A stretch of 56,006 bases of DNA, filler included, from Sphacelaria rigidula (Eukaryota), in assembly GCA_964200075.2 (NCBI GenBank). It is 4 parts of 4 records of this genome, joined end to end, with 100 filler letters (N's around TTAATTAATTAA, not from the genome) between each part and the next. Parts side by side here need not be neighbours in the genome. Positions count along the whole stretch, not along the records: positions 1 to 13,929 come from CAXNAA020002580.1; positions 14,030 to 27,958 come from CAXNAA020002581.1; 2 more parts are not named here. The stretch is one strand, 5' to 3'. The position numbers and the translations under genes were made by a program. Positions within the stretch are counted from its first letter, which is position 1. Each line of letters opens with the position of its first letter. This document shows, in pieces, positions 12,932-26,700 of the stretch. The notes below the pieces were generated by a model, which did not search any database, was not told the origin of the DNA, and saw only the letters and a program-made list of their open reading frames with translations.

Positions 12932-14029
12932 CAGCGGCATAAAAGTAACTGGTATTTGGAGACTAACTGGCGTAGGCATAAAGTCTCTGTTTTCAGTTCA
13001 TAATATCACAGTACAGTAGTAGCACATCGTACGACGAACCGTCTTTCCGCGTTTTAGACAAAAAGGCAATGAAGGAGCTTCCCCAAAAGAGTCTCAACAT
13101 GACGGGTGAACTATCGGATCGATGTATTGTTACTGGAGGGTGGTCATCTTCTACTGCTGTGGTTCAATAACTGATGGAAATTTACCTTTGGATGAACGAA
13201 AGAGCTTGTGAATTTATGCCTTGACCAGTCAGATTTAATGAACGTTGAACTAGAAGGACTGAATAAAACATGGCCGAAGGTACGGCTGAGCGAACAGAGT
13301 GTTCGAATGAATTGATGAGTGGGGTGTGCGATGCGTATGAAAAAATAGACGAGTAAAAACGCGAAAAAGGAGGGCCTGCGGTGGGATACGATATACTTTG
13401 TAGCACATAAAACCGTCACTGCTCTGCACCGGAATGAGCGGCAGGTTGGAGAGTACGGAACTCTGCCAGCACTCGGTACAAGCGCGAACGAGAAAACTTA
13501 TCACCCCACGATATGGATATCGCGGATCCCAACGCCGAATGAAGGGCTACTCCTGTGACCGTGCTATGAACGGCATATCAGCGCCATGAGCACCGTGTTG
13601 GGGTTCAGCTTGTCCTCTACTGGGGAAAGACGAGAGATGGTAGGGCCACCAGCAAGCACGGAGTGGCATATGGCGCGTAGCTGAACCTTTCAAAGCGTTG
13701 CTCCCATTCACAGACACCAAGCGTCAGCAGTATGAACCGATTTGCGCTGACGCTATTTCGGCCAAACGGCATGGATGGAACACAACGTAGTACTACTCGA
13801 CGAATGTGTACGCGCAATAGCAGCGGTGGTACCAAGTGGTACTGATCGAATTAACGTTTAACAGCCGATTTTCGAAAATGGGGTTGAAAAACAAATTGAG
13901 GTTCAACTCAAAAGCCGTGCTTTCCCTGANNNNNNNNNNNNNNNNNNNNNNNNNNNNNNNNNNNNNNNNNNNNTTAATTAATTAANNNNNNNNNNNNNNN
14001 NNNNNNNNNNNNNNNNNNNNNNNNNNNNN

Positions 14030-14078
14030 CGCCTTAGTCATTTGACCATTGACCACGCATCCCTTTCGAGACGGAGAA
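14030..14078 (-). mobile_element. 66-nt C-tailed retroposon module (3' part lost in gap)
   Basis: Near-identical to 11209-11257 on the opposite strand. Confidence 0.85.
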
Positions 14079-14080
14079 TG

Positions 14081-14470
14081 GGAGGGGGGTGGGGTGTACT
14101 CATGATCATGCATGCCATAGTCATCAGACCTTGTGATCTTGCATGCCCGAGGCATATGACCGTCGACCTCGCATCCCTACAAAGCCGGGACGGAGCACGC
14201 CGGGTTTTCGCCGGAACAGGCTCGCAATCAATCACCAACCGCGTCGTGGTACGGAGGGGGGTAGGGGGCGTACTCATGATCTCGCATGTCGTAGTCATTA
14301 GACCATTGGCCTCGCATCCCTGCGAAGCCGGGGCGGAGCACCCCGGTCTTACGCCGGATCAGGCTCGCATTCATCAAGGGTGAAGCGTGGTGATATGTTC
14401 GGCGAGTCGTGTGAAGGGTGAGCTGCATCCTAAGATTGTTCGGCCCGAGGCGTGCTGATTATCTTGCACA
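14081..14470 (-). mobile_element. Two stacked copies of a related C-tailed retroposon 3' end (family 2)
   Basis: 14081-14250 and 14253-14470 both end (minus strand) in GGGATGCG…ATGAGTAC followed by a C-run, and align with 32131-32552. Confidence 0.7.
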
Positions 14471-15384
14471 TGGATGACAGCCTACAATGAGTTGCTTCAT
14501 TTTCTGTCATCACCATTTCCAGGGAAAGCTACGGGGTACACACTACCTCATGGGTATCACCAGAAGGGCGGGGGGGTATATTGTGCAAGGAGATAAAATC
14601 AGTCGAGATCGACTACATATCGCCAAACCCAACTTGCAGTCGACAGCGATGGAGTATCTCAGGGAACAACGGCCTTCAACCCAATACGTAAGTGGATGTT
14701 TCAACTACTCAGTACGGTAGTCAGGCCCATGACATGATGTAGAGACGAGCGACATGAAATTTCGATAACGTTCGAGTTCCCGCTGCGGCATGCATGCTCA
14801 GACATAGAAACTCTGGATGGCCTGGGTGATCACTAGCATCATTTTCTTAACGGATGAGTCTAAACGTGGCATTTTTCGAAACCTTCCGAGCAATAATTGT
14901 TTTACACATGCTCAGACTTGGACCAAACCTCTACAGCGGGGTAACCGACAGAGACCCAGTTTACTTGTTTGGGAGGAGGGGGAGGGAGACGTCATATATC
15001 TTCCGGTTTGATTGGCCACGCTGTTCGCTTTACGCTTGGCGAAAATTCATAATGCGTTCGTGTGGGGCCGTTTTTGTGTGGTACAGCACCCACTATCGCT
15101 CATCAGGCCCACACCTTGTCACCAGCATTTGCGGGCGGATTCTAACTCCTCCGAGTGATTGTACAAGTATCTTCCTCGCCTTTCTACTAAACGGCGGTAA
15201 GAAACCACTCGTACAGATATGACCGCGGGTAGTACAACCCCACGGTGATGACCACGACACCCTCGGACGTTGGGGGGCGATAGCCTCGTGGGTCACAGAC
15301 GTGTGTCACTAGGACGAAACATAAAAAAAAATGAGGATGCAACGAAAGCAAAGATGAATCGCAGGCCGCTCGTTTGCTGTTTAA

Positions 15385-15712
15385 CCCTTCTGGAACTCTT
15401 TGACGATTTTTGCTTTTGTGAATCGGCATCATATTAATTTATTTTGAAGTCTAAATGATGTCGATTCACAAACACAAAAATCGTCGATAGATGGTTTCGG
15501 AAAACGCTTTCTTGTCATTTCAGAGTGCAAATATCTCAGGATCAGAGTGGAACGAAAAATCATTTCCCCCTCCGTCAAATGTGGTATCCCCTTGACTTTT
15601 TTTCATTGAGGTGTATTTTTTTATTTCTGCACTCTGATCCTGAGATGTTTGCACTCTGAAATGACAAAAATGCGTTTCCCGGAACTCTCTACTGTAATGG
15701 GTTCCCACAGGG
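15385..15712. mobile_element. piggyBac-like MITE
   Basis: TTAA on both sides (15381-15384, 15713-15716). Imperfect TIRs CCCTTCTGGAAC / GTTCCCACAGGG with CCC..GGG termini. The interior is AT-rich and non-coding. Confidence 0.65.
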
Positions 15713-17718
15713 TTAATGACGGAAATAAATATGGGACCATTTTTGCTTCCTTCTCCCTCTTTTGCCAAGGTACAGAGGGATGCCCTATATAGTGCCGGTC
15801 GCCGGTGTAGCGCCGGTGGAATCGCTGGGCACAGACCGAACCCGCACTACTGCGGACGATCCTTTATAGCGCCGGTTTGGGCACGTCTGTCTTCATCAGT
15901 AGTGCCGATTCAGACCACACCAGCATTGCTGTATATTACAGTTATACTCCCATGATGGTACACATGCAACACTTCTGTACAGCACAGCTGTATACCCACA
16001 ACACACTGCTGCAATGTACCCCACGTGACACCATACCGCCCTACAGTGAGGTTTCGTCCTGTTGTGTTTCGTGGGTCGCTGTGGTCGGCATGGTCTCTGG
16101 GTGCAAAGCTACGGCAGTTGTCCGTGATAGCTCTGTTTCCCCCTCCCAAAAAAAGTCGCCACTGTGAACCTACAGCATACAGCATTGTTTTTTTCGGCCG
16201 TATTTATAGGAGGCAAGTGCAGGGCTTCGCTAACTCCGTTGGAATGAATATTGCTTCTACACGTTCGTTCGCGTTCTCTACAAGGATTTGTCATCCCTAC
16301 ACTACACTACAATCCTACAGAGTGTTGTACAGCACGTACCTCAAAGTGCTTGCTTTTTGTTGTCGGCGGGAGTGCATTTTTCAGGCCGTGCAAAATGGAG
16401 TGTGTTCGCAAGAAAGCCACCTTTGGCTTGCGTCGGGGTGTGGACACGGAAAAAAATACATCTTCGTTGGGACCATGTCAAGCCACAGCTACTGTACATA
16501 TCGGGGTTGTGCCACCATTGGCGTGTGCACAACAGCAGTACAGTACATGCCGTAGACTCAGCAATTCTGCACATGGCGGCAGGTCCGCTTCGTTGTATGT
16601 TTCAACACCGCTTTTTTGCGCTGCGTTCAGTTACGAGACTCAATTTATTTTGCCGATGTCCCTCCGTAACCACCAAACCCTAATCCGTCTCTGACCGACC
16701 CTGTAATATCACAACCCCAATACTGTTAGTTCGGGCACTACCCAGGGCCAATCAGTATAGTGTCGGCGAGATTGCTTGGGACGTACCGTTACTAGTCAGG
16801 GCACCCTACTGTACAATCGCTGAAAACCCCACAAGACCACTTTCTTCGGCTATATTTTGTGCATCCTCCAAAACAGGACACTCCCGCCGACACATGTCCT
16901 GGGATGCTCGTATGATGTAAAGCAACATGTTAGTAGTCGCCGAAATATTGGTTCTTCCGGTATTTTGTGTGTCGTGGCGGCTCGAACACATTACCCCGGG
17001 ACGTGTTGCTGGCAGGAGTTCGACATGACTCTGCAGCGGTAAGATTACGTGCCCTGTGTGGCATCTGCATGAAATGAATTTGACACACCAGGGACATCAC
17101 TCGTGTGAGTAGATTTTTCAAGCAAGTGCAGCGAAAAATAATGGATGAACACGACATGGCATAGCATTATATTTTGGCACGCTTTCAATCCTTTCCCTTC
17201 TTCGAGGCTAGACCATGGTCTAATGGTCTCGAGGAATCAATCTATCTCTTGCTCTTCCCTCGTTACACGCCCTACATTACGGTATTATCGCGGGTTGGAT
17301 CAGCACTCCTGCACCGCGTCAGCTCTCACCAATACGCGTTTGCTATTCTCGTCCTCGAGTTTCCAACAACGGAAATCCGATATATTCAAAAGAGCCACAG
17401 AGCATCTGCGGTGTATCGAACCGGCATTTTTTCCAACCTATCGTAGTGTTTTTCGCTGTACCATGAGACAGACCACCGGAGCGGGGCGGCAAAATGACGT
17501 GAACTGGATTAACCAAGAGGAAATACAAAAAACATCTCTTGCGTTTCTACTAGGCAATACGCAACCACCAGCTCAAAAACTACAAGTGACCGCGAAACAA
17601 CCCCCCCCCCCCAGTGAACAGTCATGTCTAGTAGAAGCTACTTACTAGAGCTGATACTGTTATCATACCAGATCATTTGTTCGAGAGTTGGTTGGCCATT
17701 GCATGTTGTTTATGGGTT

Positions 17719-20700
17719 TCATTCCTTATTGGAGGATACCACACACCGTACAGCCTCGATATCTTGGCGTTCGTACTGCCGCCCAATATTGAAGCAGCAA
17801 GTAAGCAAACAACACACGGGACACAGATTCGATGGACAAGATTCCTCTCCCTACTCTTCACAGATACTTGGAAACGCACCTCCATATCTACGCACGCGTG
17901 AAAGACTCTCACCTCGTTTTGCGCCATGTCGGTCACAGCCACCGCCATCTGCCCGTCCAGCTCATCAGCTCTTGGTTCCGGGAAGGCCAGGTCCGAAGAA
18001 GAAGCCAGGTCTGGGGAGGCCAGGTCCGGAGAGGACCACTCCGGCGAAGCCAGCTCCCCCATGAGCTTCGCCTTTTTCATCGGCGCCTCGCTTTCCTCGC
18101 CAGTGACGGAGGTGGCTTGTACATCACAACCCCTACCATCGGCACTCCTCATCCCCGTAGCCAATACAACATCCCCGACTGTCGTGCCGCTGGCACCCGC
18201 GTCGCTTCCATCTACGGTTTCCTTGGCCACCTCGATATCATCTTGCTTCTTCCCGTCCTCCTCCGCTATCGCCCGCGTCCGCTTCCTCTTGCCTGTTGTT
18301 GTGGATATCTCATTGCCATCCGCCTTCTGGCCGTCTGCGTCAGCTTCATATCTTCCGCCTTGTCGACCATTGCGCTTCGTTGATCCCACCGCGCTCGCGC
18401 TTCGCTCCTCACCAGCAGCGACACCTGCTACACCTGCAACACGCGCCTTTTTCCCTCCCCTAGGATCCACGCTGTCATGAGGTGAAGCTGGGGGATCGAC
18501 AGTATCTTCACCTACTGTGTCATCCCGCTTCCTTTTGATGGGCCCAGAAGCTTTATTATTAGGGTGTAGGGGGGCACACCCGCTCACATGACCTCCAGGG
18601 TCCGCGGATGATGGCGCATGACCGGTGACTCCATCCTTCTTGGCCGCAGCCCCATTCCCGCCCGATACTCCTGAGTCCTCGACGTCTATAGCTGGCGATT
18701 TTCTCTTGACGCCAGTGACGGCCGCATCCGCCGCATCGGCACCGGCACCCGGATCCGCATATGTATCATCTTCGGCCGCCACGTCCTCCACACCTCCACT
18801 GCTATCGGCCATCGTCACCGCCGGGTTGGGTTGTGACTGCCCTGGCGGCGGTGGCGGTGGCAGCTTCCTGCTGTACACTAGCAGGTACGCCTGGTCCTTC
18901 AGGACGGTCTCGACGTCAACCTGTACGCAGGGGATGAAGAAGCGATGTTGTTGGGACGGGGCCGGGCCAGGGTCAGCAGCCGGCGCCAGGGAGAGGGGTG
19001 GGAGAGAGCGGGGGGGTGTTGCCTTTTGCTCTGAATGACAAAACGAGCAAAATAGTCAATACACACTATGAAGTCGGATCAGCTTCCCCCTGTAAAACAA
19101 TAGCCTCGAGAACACAATAATTGGTGCCTCTGGTTCCTCTCTCGGGGAGCTGCGCTTAAATGAGCACCCGCTGAAAAACGAGCGGAAAACAGAGTGCATC
19201 ACATATCGCGATCGCGAAACAAAAACTTCACATGGAGCTCAAGTCAAGGAGGGGGGGCACAAATGCGTATACGAAACCCCGCCCATCAGGATGGTTATGT
19301 AGTACTTCGAAGTACATCGAAGAGGATACTGTCTGGCCTGACAAGTGAATCAAGTGCTAAAGGCGCACACGTTGTACAACATACGAAGTGGGGACTTGTA
19401 GTGAAAAAAAACAGTGGCATTAACACGTTTGCCTTGACGTGCGATATGAAGACGAGTCAGCATGGAATGCGTTCATTTGTACCGATGGAGCACTGTTTTA
19501 CTTCGTCGTTTGAAAGTCGAAACGGGTCGCTAGCTATGAACAAATAGTGTACACCAGCAGAGCCGCTGCAGCAGTAGGCGGCTCGTCTTCCTTCAGAGTC
19601 CTCGTGCGAACAGAATTGCCTCGCCCTCCTAAACAGGGCAAAGTGTGAGCATGTCGTGGATAACAGCATCGCTTGAATACCTAACGGTTGCTCAAGAAGG
19701 GCACAGATCACCATGAAACCGTGAGCCCTTGAGCACCAGCTGAACTAGATCGAAACCCGAAATCCCCAAATCATGTGTCGTGCCCAAACGAATGTTGAAT
19801 GCCGCGTAAAAGTGGTGGTGCTGGCGAGTAACAAAGGAGCTGTTCAGCTATAGAATTGAGAGTACGGCGTTGAGGGTCACCATGTAATATCGCTCCGAAA
19901 CTAGGCCTGGCAGCGAAAACATTAGGACCTGCTCAACTGCAACAGCGTCTGGGCTACGGCGTCGAGTGTCACCCGGCGGGTATCGTTCCGAATGAGGATT
20001 CGGCGCCCACAGGGCTGAGCTTACCGCGGTCACGTTGCGGTCGTCCATCTTCTGCCATTGGCCAGCTGCTGAACGAACGTGGGCGTAGTAGTGGCCTGAG
20101 GACATCGAAGGTCCCTCGTGAACGACAACCCTGGTATAAGACGAAAAAGGGAGAAAGGAATAGAAGACCAGAAGACCAGAAGACAACAACAACAACAGCA
20201 ACAACATCGGTGATGAGGGGAAGGCGAGGGCAGAATCCCAGGTGTGTCCATGTGGTCGTGTGGACCGGTCATGAGTGGTGCGCAGTATTGGTCTTCCCCG
20301 TGTCAAATGGATCCAAGAGAAGTACGACCCGTTTCGACTTTGCAAACCACTAGCATAGGCTTGCCCTATGGACCGAGAGTCGCCAACATGTTTCATTTGC
20401 TTGATACAACACATGGTGCTGCTGCAAAAGCAAACAGCATACCCATACCCGTCAAGTTTCACGTACCAATTGCGAATGCTCAAGGGAGCACTACCCGACC
20501 TCTAGGTGACGATATTAAAGAAACTCTGCTCCACGCCGAGATGGTAGCCGGTGTTGCGAGGCGGACAAGATAAAAAATCAGCCGTTCTGTTCCAGGAAGA
20601 AAAAAGACAGTAACCATTAGCAACCGACATACCATCAGCGAATCTCAAGAACTGGGGCGGGATGCATCGGCTGGATTCCATTGGGAAAAGGGAGCATTCA

Positions 20701-23700
20701 GTGTGTGCTGTGTATTGATGCCCAAGACGGCTTCACTTGTGGAAAATATATTCGTCAGGCTGTCTTGAAATTCATTATAGAGACAACGCGATTCCTCCCC
20801 CCCCCCTCTCCCGTTCTCCACCGATTCACCAAACCATAGTTGCGTAGAACATGTGTACACATTAGGTAAGATCATTCAAGGTGGGAAAGGCGTCGGGCTG
20901 ACAACGTACTTTTTATTTCTGGACGTATAAAAGGCTTGTGACACACAGTATGAATAAATTAACTGTGGGAAAAGATGCGAGAAACTAGAGGATAGATGTG
21001 GAGAGGGGTGAAGATGATAGAATGTGCTGAATGTGTTACGATGCTAGACAGGGAAATCCAGAAAACGTTTGATATTTTGCAAGGAATTGCACAAGGATGT
21101 ACGTTATCACCCACTCTGTTCAAGGTATCCATGATTGACCTGATAATAGCGATGGAAGCAGAAAAGCAAGGTGTCAAGGTGGGTGAAGATATGCTATCAG
21201 GATTGATGTTCACGGAAACACCAGAAGGGTTGCAGACGCAAGTAGACAAGGCGCTAGAATACACTGTAGGAAACGGAGAGTGACAGCGAGCCTTAGAAAA
21301 TGCGCGGTACTTGTATGTAACGAAGATGAGAAAAATCCGGTAGAGTTCAAGTGGGAGTGGGGAGAAGAGGAACTGCTGATCGTAGACCAGTATAAATACC
21401 TTGGCGTAGAGATCTAAAAAATTGTTCTGGGGATGCACACATTAATGAAGTAATAGAAAAGGGTGAGAAACAGATAGGCAGGATGGACGTGATCATCAGA
21501 GTCTCACACCTAGATACCAGGATTATGAGGTGTATTGTGATTAATGTGATTGTAGCAAAGGTGGAATGTGCAGGGGAAGTATGTCAAGGAAACGCGAAGT
21601 TGGTGAAAAAATTGGAAACAGTACAGCTGACCGCAGCTAAGAAAACACAAGGATGCTCGAAAACGACGAGTAATACAGCATTGAGGGCAGAATTGGAAGT
21701 GTACCCACTTGAAACAAATACATGAGAAAATTAAAATGGCAGTATAGCTTACTACCTTTAGACACAACCACTGATAAAAGCGCAAATATGTCCGTGATGA
21801 TATCGAAATACTGACTGCGCTCATCTACGAATGTGAGTAATATCGGTAAATCCTACCCATACGCAGCCCCGCCAGTCCACGCCTTCCCGTAAGAGGCGCG
21901 GATTTGAGCTTTCCCAAGGCGAGATTTTCGTCGCCCAAACCCACTGCAGCACTCTCGCCCAAGGGCTCTCAATCTGCCCTCGTGGATGTCTGCTTGTGTT
22001 ACGGGTAAGGCTGACGTTACGCCCTTTGCTCTTCGAAACAAGGCAAAAATTCACGTATTTGTCAAACCATGGACAACAAATGGGGGCCTCGGAGGGAATT
22101 CACCTCCTCTTATTGCTGCCGGAAATCCAGTATCATGACGAACACACCACATTCACGAAAAGAAAAATAAGAAGGGCCACAGCGCACGATTCTTCTCCCT
22201 CTGTGAGCGGATGTATCGAAAGGGGGGGCGTACTCATTTGTTGCTTGCCTTAGTCATTTGACCATTGACCACGCATCCCTTTCGAGACGGAGCAGGATGT
22301 ATCGAAAGGGGACGGGTGACAAAAACCGGGGTACGATTCACGCCCTTGATTAGCTTACCCTTTGGGGCTGTCTTCTGGGGCTGATGGCATTGCACTTTTT
22401 TGTTTTCCGGGCGGCATACCTAGTTGGGACTAGAGTGAGTCAATGTATTCACGACCTCATCTTGCAGCACTGCAAATATCGCTGCTGGTCCGTATAAATA
22501 CTCAAAGGGTGAAAATGGCGTCCCCTTCCTACGCGAAATAGTTTGGCTTGCCATCTCCCTGTTTGTCTTTCTGTCTCACCCGGTCAGGACGTACTCCGCG
22601 AAGCGTTCCGGGCCCGACACTTCGAGTCGAAGATCTCCTGTAAACTTTACCTCTTGCTCGAGTTTTTCCACGTCGTTTTCCCACGGCATCGCTGTTCTCT
22701 TCAGATTGAGCACCAATGCGTTGGGAGGCTTGAAACAAACGAGAAACAAACGCAGTCGATCAATTCATTTTTCAATAAGAAGAGAAAAAAGCAGAGGGCG
22801 ACGGGCGAGACGCGGGGAAAATAGGGAATGTTGTGAACCTGAAAGAACCGCACAGATTTCGTACATTGCACATGAAATTTCAGTAGTGTAGGTCGTTCGT
22901 TATTTTACCTCATCCAATTATTCGAACATGTATTTGTACTTTGTTTCTTCGACTGCTTCGGGATATCTCCTTCCACTATTCTTATCTCCCCCTCCTTCTA
23001 TTATTCACACGTGTGCTGCTCTGACTCAAGAGTGCTGTTTGGATTGAATGCATTCTTCGTGTTTCCCCCAAGATGAGTACTCAACATGAAACTTCTACTC
23101 CCCAATCCTACATTCTCTCCAATTTTCACAACTCCTCCTCGAGGTCGACTTCATTCAATCTCATCCCTCGGGGCCATTTTACACGACGTCAATGCTTGCT
23201 TGCAGTCACCGTCCGAGAAGCTTTTCACGCGGTCTATTGCCTTGTGACAATGTGGCTGGACTCATAGCATGTCAGGTCATGCTCCAGAATCAACAGACTA
23301 ATCCACCGATCAACGAACCGATCGACCAAGCGTACAAGAATGGATGAAGACAGGGCATGGGAGCTGCAAAGGTATGACCCATTCCCCACCACGGGGAGGG
23401 GAGGAAAGTGTAGTCATTTGCCTGGAATAAGGGGGTTCGTGGCGGGTGTAATGTATGACCAACGTCTCAACGTGGCTCCTTCGGGCAGCAATACTTGTAC
23501 TGTATCGGTGAAACAGCCTTCTCTCGACCGTCGCATGGCTATCATACTTCACTCACGGTACAATCATGCAAGAGGAGAACAGGCGCTCTAAAACATGTTG
23601 AGCGCCCGCGCGGTGCCGCCCGGTACATGAAGAAGGAACAAGGACAAATCGAGCAGGTACTGTACGCACGTACGGTACGCCAAGCTCAGCAATACCACGA

Positions 23701-26700
23701 CCGAAGACACGGGGGGGGGAAACGGAGCATAAATCACTCCACGCACCAACAATCTGCCGTTTTCATCACCGCCCCCAACAGTCAAACCACGATGGTGGCA
23801 AATCACGTAACCGATAGAAATCACACCGCCACTGCCAACCTCTGCGCTGTGTTTTCCATCAATTCTACTCTTTACTTTTCGGAACGTGTCCGTAGTATTC
23901 ACAGATCGATCAACCTGCGGCATTTTCAAAGCAAGGAAAATGTCGGCGCTTCAGCCGCACGCATCAGTCACTATTTAAAATAGAGTCTTGCAGTTTGGAA
24001 AAGAAAAATTGCGACACCAAGAATAAAGCTACACAGAAACACACAAGACATGCTGAAACATTCGCCAAAATCCACCGAAAAACTTCGCTACACATCAGTA
24101 TAGTTCTCTTTTCCCCCTCACAATGAAGCACCGGAACTGTTCCAGAAAATAGGTCACGACACACACACACACACAAAAAAAAACAAATTGCACGGAGGTA
24201 CATCGCGATTGTTAACGAAAGAACATAGTCACCTTGTACACCGTTACGCGCTTTTCCGCGCGCACTTTTCGCTCGCAACCCCCGCACTCCCATAGGTTGT
24301 CCTCGTCCATCAGCTCCACGGCTGTGAAGCGCTCGAACAACTCCTCAAGGGAGCACACTCCATCTACTCCATCGGCCAGCGGTAGAGACAAAGACAAGTC
24401 GAGGAATGCCTCGTACTTGTCACGGCAATACCCGCATGAGCGGCATTTTAACTGCGGGAGGGGTGGAGGGTGAAGGGGGCGACAAGTGAGAAAACGATAA
24501 TGCATCATTGGTTGTCACTCTTCCATGATTGCTGCCATCAATATTTCATCACCACCATTATCATAAACTTTTCGAAGAGTAGTCGTTTTCGCTTGACGTT
24601 GCGTTACGATGCGCAGTCTTCCATCATGTTTTCCCAATATCATTGTTGGTATTCTTGCTGGTACAATATCATCACCGCTGCCGTAGTCGGAGAAAACCCA
24701 CTCCAGCTCGCTCACTCTCTTCGTCTCTGTCTCTCTGTTCGTCTGTGTCCTTCTCTTTTCCTCTGTGATCGCCCTGACTCTTGAGTTGAGGTCGACGGAA
24801 AACAGCTCGCCCGCCGCGCGAGAACAAACTAAAAACAAGACACAGCGGGTTTCCAATGTGAAATAAATGCTATAAATATTAATTTCTTCTTTTTTCATCT
24901 GCAGTTTTAGTGCTAGTTCTAGCGTTTCATGTTTTCCTTTCTTCATTCACTGTCACTGGAATTTATCCTAGTCCAATCATCGTTATTTGGATTAGTTTTA
25001 GGCTGGTTTCACTAGTTTAGGGTTTTCGTGGGAAAATTCCACGGGAAAAAACACGGAACGGGACAGATTTCTCGCCATGTTCCTGGGCGCGGACGTACTG
25101 ACGTATCCCGTCTCGACTTATTCCCGAACATTCCGTCGCATCCCGTGAGTGTTCGGCGATGGGAAAGTTTCCCGCCTCGTCCCGTCATTATTGTGGGGAC
25201 AAGGATAATTTCCGTCCCGCCAACGCGAGATGTTAATGAGAGTTTCCCGTTGTGCCTCACACGTAATCCTGTCCAATCTCACAGGAGATTGAAGATATCT
25301 TGGGGGTATATTCGGATAATTACCGCATGTTACACATTCATCTTACCGAAAAGGTTGGAATCTCCGATATTGGCGTATACTAAAACCTGAAGGCATCGCT
25401 TGCACGAAACCTCCGTCTCGGAGCAATGTCGTTTCGGATTGCTTGCCCATATTTCCCGTGACAAGGGGACGGCGAAGGACGGGAATTTCACGGGATGGTC
25501 ATGATTTTCCTGCGGAGACCGGAAGGGAGTTTCTAGTAAACACATGTACTCTTTCGTGTGCCATTCCGTCATTTTTTGCCACGGGAACTTTCCCGTCCCA
25601 TCCCATCCCGTCCCGTCGCGTCACGTCCGAGAGGACGGGTATTCCAGACCCACCCTGTCCCGTTTCCTCGTGAAAGTCCTGGGCTCCACCAAGAGACACA
25701 ATCGTCAGTTCCCACAACACTTTTCAAACGCTACGGACAAGGCCCGAGGCTTCAAGCACGTCCTCTCCCCGCGTGTATCCAACCCCTGCCCGTGTTGCAG
25801 GGTGCATGTCGTCACCTCTTGCCCACCAGTTTCGAGGGCGTTTCTCGACAAGTTTAGATTTTCCTTCCATGTGGTATTTTTACCGTGTATTGATCCACAT
25901 AAGACGGCTATTATGGGCAGGCACATGGACACGTTAGCGTTAGATCGCCACCCTGCTCCACGCACTCTCTGATGCTTCTGCATCTCCGTCTACTACTGAA
26001 GGTGCAGCAGATGGGCAGGGTGATGCAATATGCCAGGGCCAGTTCGACGTTTCCCGTCTTTTTGGTGTTTTCCTCTTATCCAATCCGCAGATGAGGGCAC
26101 GCCGCCCCTCACCGATAGAATTTCCTGGTTGCACATCAGGCTTTTTCACGTGAATATTTTTGGTTTCTGCTTCTTCATACTTTACCGCACATGAGCGTCG
26201 TGGGCAGGGAACACGTGAACAAGGTGCACGTCTCGTAGACTTCATTGACTTCCGCTTTTTTTTTTTTTTTGTGTAGTGCAAGGCTCCGAGGCGGGTGTGA
26301 TGACGTAGAGTACAGTACTGTGAAGGAACATTGCACCGTGTCATGTCTCAGCGTCGCGTGCACGTTGAAAGGACGAGCTGTTTGATTCGGTCCAGTGGAA
26401 AATATCTGCATTTGTGCTTGGCTCTAGTCATGCCCGTTTCTCCCAATGGTGGGCCCAACTTTATCCCACAGAGCCCACTCCGATTCCACCTGTGCTCTCG
26501 TACTCTCACGCTCAAAGGTTGCCGGGGAACCTTCTACAACAACCCGTTCGCTCGAGGGTTTACGCTCTGCTTTCCCAGGGGTGGGATTTAGCGCTAGCCG
26601 TTCGAAGTCCAAACTAAGGGCGGGATTCGTCGTTCTCACGACTTTGATATCATGGTCGGGTCCCTCCCATTTATCCTATTCATCTATCCATCCATCTATC

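Noticed and set aside
13930-14029. TTAATTAATTAA flanked by N-runs (also 27959-28058 and 41984-42083)
   Set aside because: It is an identical 100-base all-frame-stop linker inserted during scaffolding, not biological sequence.
17673-18878. Stand-alone 401-aa ORF
   Set aside because: It is the large low-complexity exon of the USP gene (acceptor at 18921, QAYLLVY motif).
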